Part shown: positions 40,312-50,867 of the stretch, piece after piece
Layout: every line of letters starts with the position of its first letter
How positions within the stretch are numbered: position 1 is the first letter of the stretch
The notes under the pieces: generated by a model
The model's input: the letters and a program-made list of their open reading frames with translations, nothing else
What the model was told of the DNA's origin: nothing
Database searches by the model: none
Assembly: GCA_973895155.1 (NCBI GenBank)
Contig: OZ316893.1
Location: forward strand, 5,160,171 to 5,224,170
Direction: 5' to 3'
DNA length: 64,000 nt
From: Marsupella aquatica
Taxonomy: Eukaryota; Plantae; Marchantiophyta
Made by a program: the position numbers and the translations under genes

Positions 40312-42673
40312 ATGGCTCAGTGGACACCCATTTCTGACGTCGAGAAGGACAGGGTTGCTTGGAAATTTGGAAAATATCCCCCCTCCCTGGTCTAGGCCGC
40401 TAACTATCTACTACTATAATAAAGAATCCCGCCAGTTTTAGTCCTTCGTCCAGTTACAAAAATGAAAAAGGAGGGAACAAAGCTAAGCCATCAGATATTT
40501 TATAGAATTATTTATGGCTCTTGGATTGAGTGAGATGGGAACCTAAAATTGGCTGTAAGTTATAGTACAAGATAGGTATCTAAGTTATAGTACAAGGTAG
40601 ATATAATATGTCATAGAGTACTTGCATGTGTTACTGTAGTTATTTTGTAGCTTAAGTATAATACTTTTTGGCATGGAGCATTATAGTGTAAGTATATTAT
40701 TTTATGGTCTATTAATTTAGAGTACATTTGGCATGGGGCATGAAAGTGAAAAGATTTACTTGAGATAATGGTTTTGGTAGGGAGCGAGCACTAAGGGGAA
40801 GAGAGTAGGTTGACATTTTATTATTTTGGCTTTTGCTCTTAAAAAGGAGATTTAACTCTTTGGAAGTTAGTTAATTTTTAGTTATCTTGCATGGACCCCA
40901 ATTTCTATTTTGCACAATGATATCTTTCACTCGACAAAAAGTTTTTGTATAATAATGTATTTTAACAATTATTATTTTTATTCAACGATTATCTTTTGCA
41001 CCACGTATGATCTATTTCTCAACAACATCTTTAACCAAACAACATCTATTATGCAACGCACGGGGATTGAAAGGATATCGAGAGAATGGTCATCTTTGCT
41101 AAACCCTAAAACACTAAACCTGAAACCGATAATATAACGTTGCTCCAATTTATAGTGGTCGCCATTCAAATGCATGGGCATTTTGGGTAAAAAAACAAAA
41201 CAAAGAAAAAGACTCACTCCTTCTTAGTTTCCTTGATTTTTTATTTCATAACATCTTTCAGAGAACAATAGCTTGGGTGAAACAACACCATTTTTCTTTT
41301 AACATCTTTTACTTCACGATCTCTTTGGCAAAATGACACCTTTTTCTTAATAACATCTTTCACACAATGGCATGTTTGGCAAACCTACTTTTTTTAAGAC
41401 ATTTTTAATTTGTGACATCTTTCACTTAACAACATCTTGGGCAACACGACATCTTATTTCTTAACAACATCTTTTGTGTAACGCACGGGTATTTTCCGTG
41501 AACGATGTCTTGGCTGACACAACATTTTTTTCTCAACAACATCTTTGCCAACATGACAATTTTTTCTCAACGACATCTTGGCCGATACAATGTCTTTTTT
41601 CTCAACGACTTCTTGGCCGACATGACATTTTTTTCTCAACGTCTTCTTGGCCGACACGACATCTTTTTTTCTCAATGACCTCTTGGGCGACAAGACATCC
41701 TTTTTTTCTCAATGACCTCTTGGTTGACACTACATATTTTCTTTCAATGACCTCTTGGCCAATACAACATCTTTTTTTCTCAACGACATCTTGACCAACA
41801 CAACTACTCTTGGGCGACACAACATCTTTACTCTCAACGACCTCTTGGGCGACACGACATCATTTCTCTCAACGACCTCTTGGGCAACACGACATCTTTT
41901 CTCTCCACAACCTCTTGGGCAACACGACATCTTTTCTCTCCACGACCTCCTAGGCAACACTACATCTTTTTTCTCCACGACCTCTTGGTTGACATTACAT
42001 CATTTTTTCTCAATGACATCTTGGCCGACACGACTTCTTTTGTGCAATGCACATCATTTTTTCTCAATGACATCTTGGCCGACATGAATTCTTTTGTGCA
42101 ACGCACAAGTATTGAGCTAGTGTTGCATGAAATCCATATCCCCGGAAATTTACATACTCTGCCTGTCCACATGTATGTGACAATGGACTTCTCTGTGGGA
42201 AATCCCTTGAGTTCGGACCTCGTTGTGGCCATTTATTACCAGGGCAAGCAAAGTTTAGATTCTAGCTAGTTTTATTTGATGCAGCACATGGACCCTGCAA
42301 ACCTGCAAAGGCATTAATTTGGGATACTGCTTGCACTTTGTTGAGCACCTCTGCATATGAGTTCAGTCGATTGGCTAAACTAGACGAGTTACGTTTGGTT
42401 CAGTCAATTGTACAAAAATGTCCCAAGCTTCAGGTATCATTTGAAGTTAGGGGACACGAATTGCACATCTAGCGGCTGGTCATTGTTGATGAGGCTTTGA
42501 CAATTATGACAGGTCCCCAATATGTTGGATCTTCTAGTACCAACAGCCCTGACTTTAGGACACCCAAGAAGGACCCAGAAAACGCTTCCTAGTACTCCTG
42601 TTAAGCGTAGCAGTGCCAAAAAATACTTGCAGACCTCATTGAGCAATTGAAGGGGGCTGATCTTGATGACTAA
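40312..42673 (+). pseudogene. RPA70 C-terminal-like (zinc-ribbon OB-fold) gene inside the transposon, split by a Helitron (40312-40406 + 42121 to about 42673)
   Basis: Joined frame: MAQWTPISD...FTYSACPHVCDNGLLCGKSLEFGPRCGH...AKFRF*LVLFD...KALIWDTACTLLSTSAYEFSRL. The four stops before the frameshifted tail are TAG or TGA. Confidence 0.62.
40407..42120 (+). mobile_element. Non-autonomous Helitron, 1714 bp
   Basis: A|TCTACTACTATAATAAAG 5' end; TGTGCAACGCACA hairpin then AGTATTGAGCTAG|T 3' end; no TSD; internal ACGACATCTT minisatellite. Confidence 0.88.
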
Positions 42674-42914
42674 AATGTACCCTTATTGGAGATTTAGACA
42701 ATTGTGGCTGGTCGTCGTAGGGTTTTGAGGACACCAAATCCACTGTAGTTTTATTTCTGCACTACTGTACTCTATTTTTTGAGAAATAATTTTTTTGACT
42801 CCAGAGTGTTCATTTTTTGGTATTTAAGACTCTTTTTATTCTCCATATCAAATTCCGTGCAATCTTTGCCATATCTTAGCACATGCTTTTGTTCAAACGG
42901 TCTTGCAGGAAACC

Positions 42915-45900
42915 ATGCCAAGAGTTTCAAAGAGGCAATGTCAGTTGAGACTTGTCAAGCAAACGCTTGAAGTCAGTATTGCTTTACACGATTCCACATC
43001 CGAGTTTGATGTGGACTCCATCCAGGGGACTAGTGGTGACCTAGAGAATATCCCATCTAATTGTTTCTCCAGCGATTCAGATGATGCTGAGAGCGGTAAC
43101 TTGGATTCCTCATCTGACTCTGAAAGGGAGGACAATGTTAAGGACTGTGAAGCAAACCCAATAGACCTATTTGAGTTGTACTTTGTTTTGTACAACTCAA
43201 GGTACTTGGTGCCCCGGCATGTAGCACCTAAGGCTAATGAATTTGCAACTCAGTTGCTCCATAATTTACCAGACAAAATATTTAGGCAGCCCACTCGGAT
43301 GACCAAAACTTCATTTTTTACTCTTGTACGTGGACCTTATAACCCCACATCCTGTATTTCAGAATGATTCCTTGTGTGAGCAGGCACCAATTGTTCGCCA
43401 ATTGGCTGTTTGCCTAGATCGCCTAGGCCATGATGGTAATGGGGCATGCTTGAACCACATGATCCCCACATGGGGGGTCAGCAATGGGAGTCTCATCAAC
43501 TTTTCAAACAGGTGTTCAAAGCTCTGGAGAATGTGCTTGACGATTACATTCAGTGGCCTACATCACGAGAGCGAACAGTATTGAGCCAGGAGTTTGCTGC
43601 ACATGGGTTTCCAGGATGTGTTGGCCTTATAGACGGTTCTCTTTTGCCCCTAGCCCAACATCCATTTGCCCATGGGGAATGCTACTATGACCGAAAGAAC
43701 AGGTACTCTGTGAATGTACAGGTGGTGTGTGACCATAAAAGGAGAATTTTGTGTATGTTCTCAGGTACTTCTACCCCTCATAGCGTACTTGCCTTATAGT
43801 AATTCAGGCTGTATATACCCCTTGCTATTCTTATGTGTACTGCTTATGAAATGGAAGTGTTATGCATTTTGTAGGAATGCCTGGGTCATGCTCTGACTTG
43901 ACATGCTTACGAAAATTGCCTCTATGGAGCTTCTGCACAGATGTCAACAGTAACAACTTATTTGGAGAGGGGCAGTACATCTTAGTGGACAATGGGTACC
44001 AAGCATTACCTCATCTTGTGTGTGCCTTCAAGAGGGCTGACATGATTCTTGATAAAGAGGATTTTAACACCTGTGTGGCCAAGTGCCGTGTCACTGTCGG
44101 ATGCCAAATTAGGTAGTAGTTTTAACTAACATTAAAAATGGACTAACTATACTTAGAAGTAACCCCAGTTAGAAGTAGACGTAAGGTTAAAGTAAGTAAA
44201 CTGATGCACAATGGGTCAAGGAGATTAAGTAGGGATAGTTAGGAAGGTCTTAGTTAAAGTCTAGTTGAATTAGGATAGGTTAGGAAATCTCAAGAAGTAA
44301 AAGTAGAAAGTGACAAATGGTCTACTCTGCAGAATTATAGAAAAGTCTCCAAATAGAGTTAGACCTGGAAATCCAGTAAGTAGATAGTCTTAGTTCCAAG
44401 GGACACACTGGCAAATTTCAGACAAAATGGAGGGCAGGGCACAATGCTGGAGATTTATGAAATTGGAGCTTTGTTATAAGTACACTTAAGACGGGATACC
44501 ATAGAAGTAGGGGCGAGTTTTGAGTACAAAGCAAGTAGCGTTACGGGAGTTTGTCTAGGAGTGAGGTGTCATCATGGGAGTCCTTCTCATAAGGATACAA
44601 AATGCAGGGACAATCTACGTAGAAGCCAAGGAAGGAGCAGCAACAATCAGGCAGAAATTCAAGGGTGTAATTAAGGGAAACGAACATCCTTCTATAAGGA
44701 CAATGTGAATTGACTCGGGAGAAGCGGAGGAACCACAGAAATTGCCTGAAGGTAAGGCATGAATTGAATTGAGCTATCGGGAGAAACTCTGTGGTGTTGG
44801 AAGGAACTCTTGGGATAAGAAAATATCATCCCCCGAGCAATCTAGTGGTGGCAAAAGATTCAATTTTGTGCCGCTGCAATTGAAGCTTGGTTGCTAATGG
44901 GGAAATTGTTGGTAATTGCTTGAAGCTTTGTATTGTTGGAGTCCGCTGCTGGAGAACTCGCTACTGAAGAGAGTGGTGTTGTGCTGCCATTAAACTCGTT
45001 ATGGCTGCTGCGCTATTGAGAAGTCCTGGTCCTACTTCACTAAAGCTTGATGCTGCTGAAGAAAATTTGATCCTGCTACTCGCTGCTACTTGAACTTGAA
45101 GCTGTTGTCCTGGACTTGCTGCTGCGGACTGGAAGCAACCTTACTGCTGGCTCGAAGCTATTGGAAGATTGAATGTTGCCCTGATGCTGAGGATAGTTTA
45201 CTTAGTGCTAGTCGAAGCTTGATGTTGGAGCTTCATGCTGCTGATCAGTCGAAGCTCTGATAGGAGAAGCTCTAATCAAGAAATTACTGCTGAGCTCTTT
45301 GCTGCTAAGCTATGGAGAGCCGCTACTGCAGCTAAGATTGGCTGAAAAGCTACACTACGGGATAGAGCTGACTCGTTGCAACTTAGTGCTGCTGAAGGAA
45401 ATCAAATAGAGCTGGCTAAGTAAGGTTGCTGCTGAATAAGAGAAGCTACGTTGCTTCTATGCTGAGAATTGTGGATAGAGCATACTGCTGCGAGCTTCTC
45501 AATAAGCTGCTGGAGCAGCTTCGTGCTACTGAGTAGCTATGGAGAAGTAGAGCTTGGGAGCTAGGCTGATAGAAGTCAATGTTGCGGAGGTGAGCTTGCT
45601 GATTTATGAGCTATGGAGTAGCTGCCAGGGAGAGCATGAAGCAGCAGCACTTCACCGTTGCTCGCGACTTGTGAAGGGAGGAAAAAAAATTGCATTTTGC
45701 GAGTAGTCTTCGCGAAAGGAGGAAAAGGGGGTGGTCTTTGCCAAAACTTACCTGGTAGTTGGCTGTCGGCGGCTGGGCTTGAACTCGTGACCTGTTGTTT
45801 GCTAGGGACTTCATTCGGGTTACCAAGGGAGCGTTCTTAGCTCTTCGTTTAAGGAGTTCGTAGCAACTACTTAAGCTTGCGACAACATCGGTTCTGAGCC

Positions 45901-47760
45901 GTTTGAAGGACTTTGAGGCTGGGTCTAGGCAAGCAGGGAGACCAGGGAGACCAGGGAGACCAGAAGAGGGCCCAGCAGGGGTGCCTCGACTTTATGGAGG
46001 CCCGGGAAACCATCTTTTATCCCAATAGGATATGCTAAAGAGTTTTCATGAAGGCTTGAAAACCACTATTTGTAATAAGTTGTCGGGCTATTATGAAGCC
46101 CAACACTTGAGGGGTGCTGGTATACGATGAGTTGTTGCTAGATAGCTTGGCCTTGCACTCGCACAGTAGCCATAGAATAACTGCTAATGCCAGCATTCTA
46201 GTTGGAATCAACTCAAGCGGTAGTTGTACTATTCGGGTAAGTTTACAACTGTGTAAAAGCTGACCTGTACTTCTGTGGTAACCCGAGTCTCAGCGGCAAA
46301 ACTCGAGACTCAGTGGTAACCCGAAACTCAGTGACGTATTAACCCTCAGTTGTAGGCCAAACTTGGAGTTGTTACCGTGAGAAATATTGTGTTCCAGTTA
46401 GTTTACAACTCGCGCGGTTAGTTGTAAGAGTTACCAAAGGGGGTACCCTGGTTACTCGTCTCGCCGAGAGGTTGCCGCTGTTCAGGTCTTGTGTGGAAAC
46501 CAGAGTACTGGTTGTAGTTAAGTTAACCTGCGGTAAAATAGAGATATAACCCGGGTTAAACTTTAGCAAGAAAGTAGTAAGTTTGCCGTAACTACTAACC
46601 TGAGTTAGCACCTTAGGCTTGGTTTGGTTTGGCGTGGGTTTGGTTTGGAGCCCTGAGGTGTGGAAATAAAGAGGAGAAGCAGGGGGTTGTCTCTTCACTT
46701 GTTCAACTATCCACCTTCTTAGAGGTTGGGAGCTTGGGGGCTGGGCTCTTCCTTGGAGAGCAGCAGCATGAGCTTGAGGCAATAGGAATGGGGGAACAGT
46801 GAACTAGTCCACTAGGTAGGCAGCAAGGAGAAGGTCAAGGGAGGTGTTGTGATCTAAACTTGTTTCTATTCTCTCTAGTAAAGACTTGCGTGTAACCCTC
46901 AGTCTTGAAGCAGCTGTCTAGTGAGATGTCAAGCCAGTGAGCATGTATGTGGACTTAGGTGTGATTTGATACCGGAGAGGTGAAGCTTGAAGCTTGAGGA
47001 TGAGAGCAGGGTCAGCACTTGTCTTGTTGGGATAGCAAGTGGTAATCCTGCAGTCCTTTGTGAAGGAAACAGGGTACTCTCTTGGGTGACGGTTATGTAA
47101 GGAGTCTGCGGGGACAGCTTGTGGGTGTCCACTGACCGTGTTGAGATCAGGAGTGGGGTGTTGGGAGTGTTTTCCAGTGGGAGAGCAGGGGAGTGATAAC
47201 CACCCTTCAAGGTTATCTTTCCAGCGGTGGAAGTAAAATTACCTAGTTGGGTGTGTGAGTGAAGAAGAAGAGAGAGATTAAGGGAAAGTGACCTACTGTC
47301 CTACTATTCGCCCGTCCTAGGAACCCGGACAACGATAAGAAGGGGCAATAGTGGTAGATTTAACTCTAGTGAAGAGTTAAGCCCCATTGCAAGGTGTTGA
47401 CAGTCACCAATGAACAAATGTTGCATAGGAGTGCTGAAGTCAAGGTGGCATTCACTTAAGGAGGTTAGGACTCAATTAAATGGGCCCAAAGATAGTGCCT
47501 GGATGGTTACATGGGTTTCTCTATGTGGGAAGTTACATAATTATGTAATATCCCAGAATGATTTGTGGACTGAGGCAGATGAGGCATTACATGACCCATA
47601 CATCTTGCCCAACAAAGAAGAGGTGGGACGACTTGGTTCTGGCCGAGTGTCAAGGCGTGGAATAGTACAAGCAAGAAATAGTCTACTTGTGAGGGTCATG
47701 GATCATGCCCTCGAGTTCAATTGCAGACCAGGCAGATTCTTGTACTTAGGAGGGGAGTGA
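42915..47760 (+). pseudogene. Harbinger-type (HARBI1-like) DDE transposase; intron 43765-43874; interrupted at 44095-47402
   Basis: QLAVCLDRLGHDGNG; GFPGCVGLIDGS; YYDRKNRYSVNVQVVCD; PGSCSD; YILVDNGY; RVTNE(H)CIGVLKSRW. Frameshifts near 43330, 43505 and 47417. Confidence 0.9.
44095..47402 (+). mobile_element. 3.3-kb solo LTR (probably Ty3/gypsy) inserted in the transposase
   Basis: TGTC...GACA ends; 5-bp TSD GTCAC (44090-44094 and 47403-47407); no coding domain or internal LTR pair seen; TATA-like AAATAAAAGG near 46665; GCT-rich degenerate repeats. Confidence 0.8.
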
Positions 47761-50700
47761 TTGGGTTGTACTTGCAGTCTAGTCAATCACACACTTGTTT
47801 GACTTCAGTTTGACTGCCTCATTTCAGAGTGGACAAGTCAGGTATCTACTTACTTATCTTTGCAACCGGTAGTTGTTCTGGACTGCATTTTCTGGAGTTT
47901 GTTTGTGGATTTTCATGGCACAAAGTTTTTGTGGAGTAGAGTGCTTTGGCTGGCAGAGCATCGTCAAACATTGCCCTAACATGAAGGACTGCCAAGTCAT
48001 GGAGAACCCACGTCCCCCGTTGTGGCTCATTGACACCGAGGACTTTGCCACAGACAAATTTTTCTTGGGCATCTGGAATTTTCCCACCTAGCCAGTTAGA
48101 GTTTGGATCCGCTTTCAGGATTATTTTGGAGACGTTCACAACTTCCAAAACACATGGTGTTCTGTGTAGGTGCTTTGCATAGAATAGGATAAGTTCTTTG
48201 AGTTTGCACATGAAGTGTTGGAAGATGACAACAGTGATGACGATTGCAGCTTTACCTCCACGATGACTGAGCTAGTGAGCTCCATTTCGGATGATTGTGA
48301 TGCCGGTGCAGCTTGTGCAGACTCGGGCGTGGACAGGTCAAAGGCAGCACGAGGGGTTGAAGGCCCTTTTGTCCGTGCTAATGGGCAGGGCGGAAGTCCA
48401 TGACCGGGACTTTTGTGAAGGCCATTCACATTCGGGCCATTGACATGAGTTCCATCTCCCTTAGTAAAGTCGGCTGTTTTTCAGGTATGTAGGATACAAG
48501 GTCCCTAATTTTGGGGCTGTTAATTAGAGGTCCATCCACCTTAGTAACATCGACTTTTCTCAGCTAGGCAGGATTTAGCTTTCCAGGCATTTACAGTTCC
48601 ATCGACCTTAGTAACATCGGCCGTTTTTCAGCCAGGCAGGCCCTAAGTTCAGTCATTTAAGAAGTTGTAGCGCAGGACAGGTGTTCATGTGGACAGTACA
48701 GTCCTTCACAATGTATTATGCCTTACATTTTTGTAATGAAGTATGCGTTTCAGTATTCCCTTTGCACTTGACTGTTAAGCCCTACTCGGATTTCGAAGAA
48801 AGGCTGTGAAGATCGACTATAAATGAATTTGGGCACTTCTATGTTTCATAAGGCCTATGTTGTGCCCAATCGTTGTACGTATGTGGGAAGTGATTGAATG
48901 TAATTTTGGTCAAACTAGCTTCATGCATTCATAACAGTGGCGCAATCAGCCGGCAATCAGTGTACCGCACATTCACATTCCAGACCTTTGGACTTGAGAA
49001 GATGTCATGAGGTAGAGGCAAATTTTGCATTTATACAAAGGGTGAACAATCCGGCAACGTGACTCATTCAATTTGTGTGTGCACACACAATGGGGCACTT
49101 ATATAAGTAATCAAAACTAAACAAGACAAGTCTAACAAAACCGCACAGTGCTCTGTCAAAATTTGTGACAGGGCCCCAAACCCGGTAGTAACTTAGTGAT
49201 GACTTATAATTGCGTATATGAGTAGAAAGACAACTAGGTGTAGCAAAAGTGTTTGGTTTTCAAAATTTTTAATTTTTGTTAGTTCTAAAACATTGATGCG
49301 ACAACTGGAGGCCGGAGTAGAGAGGGGTGTCGGGCGGTGATGGATGACAAGGGAACCATTGAGGGGGTAAAAGGAGGCCACAAGGCATCCCAAGGACTTG
49401 GAGCCAACATATGGGCATCTTGGAGGGGTGGGGGCTGGTCGGAGGCTCCATGTAAGGCGCAAAACGGGAAGAATGGCCAAAATATAGAAAATGTTGAAAC
49501 TTAAAACAGACGTTGCTGCGCTAGTACTATTCTAAACATGGTCATGTTTGGATTCATTTTGAAGCCCCTCAATAAGCCCCATGCGAAACTGAGGTTATCT
49601 AGTTGAGTTTAGGTCTATATCAAACAGTGACATCTTGAGAGACCTCAACGCTCATAAAACAACAAACTAGACAATCTTGGAGTAGTGATGGTGGGAGGGC
49701 CCTTAGAAGGAAGGGGTTCCCACACTTGTGTTCCCCTTCACCCTTTGTGTGGTCCTCACATGTTTTTTTTAGCTCTCCTTCCCTTCCCCACCATAGAAGG
49801 GGCCCTCACACTTTCTTCTTTCCTTTTTTCTCTATTCTCACTTGTGGGGTTTCCATCCATACCTAAACCCTAAACCCTTTCCCTCTTGTGCTTGCTTTCA
49901 ACGTGTGTACGGACCCTGGTTATACGAACATCAGATTTTTGACCATCTTAAAATCAGGAGTCTATGGACTTGTTGGAAAGAGCTTGCCGAGCTGAATCCA
50001 ACGATGTGTCACACGGCCAAAACGGAGCTAAGACGGGGGAGATACAATAGATCGCATTTTTTTGAGAATACGAGAGTTTTGAGGCCGTACGGATATCCGT
50101 ACGGCAGGAGGTCCCAGCTTTGCAAGAGAAGGAGGAGGTAGCAGCACATAAGGAGAAACCGTGATCCGTGTTTTGCAAAGCCGGGCCCCCTGGTGTTGTA
50201 CGGACGAAACGGAAGGAGACGGTGCACCATGAAAACTTAAACGACCATATCTTGGCCGTTTGACCTCCGTTTTGTGCACCGTTTACGGAGCCGTGATCAG
50301 GAAGAGGAGGGCTCATCAGATATGTTTTCAGAAGTGAATTCTGAGAAAATTTTAGTTTCAACAATTATAGGGGCCCCCTCCTTTTACAACGAATCGGTGG
50401 TGGCGATTAGGAGGATTGAGGTTGGTAGGCAGGGTAGATAGATAGGATATGAGGTGGTGGACTCAAGTGAGTCCTTGTTTAGCGGAGTGGTATCCACTCC
50501 AATGGAGAGCGATGAGGAGACCAACTCACAAGGCTCAAGCCAAGGCACCGTGAGTGAGGAGGAGGAGGACTGATGAGGAGACCAACTCATAGGGCTCAAG
50601 CCAAGGCATCGTGAGTGAGGAGGAGGAGGACTGATGAGGAGACCAACTCACGGGGCTCAAGCCAGGGCACCGTGAGTGAGAAGGAGAAGGAGAAGAGTAA

Positions 50701-50867
50701 GATGTTGGAGAAACAGTTGCGGGAGACCCGTAAGTTATCACGGGAAACCCAAGCTGGTCACGGTGCCACCGTATCTACTAGTCATGGTGCCACCGTATCC
50801 GCTGGTCACGGTGCCACCGTATCAGCTAGTCATGGTACCAACATTTCATCACCCTCATCATTACCAG

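Noticed and set aside
41454-42269. Many overlapping ORFs with SWPTRHLF / KKDVV repeats (similar ORF at 18338-18712)
   Set aside because: Products of the Helitron minisatellite
42650-42675. GGGGGCTGATCTTGATGAC as the left TIR of the Harbinger element
   Set aside because: Only a weak partner near 59630 and no TSD; the 39694/59604 pair has a TSD and a matching empty site
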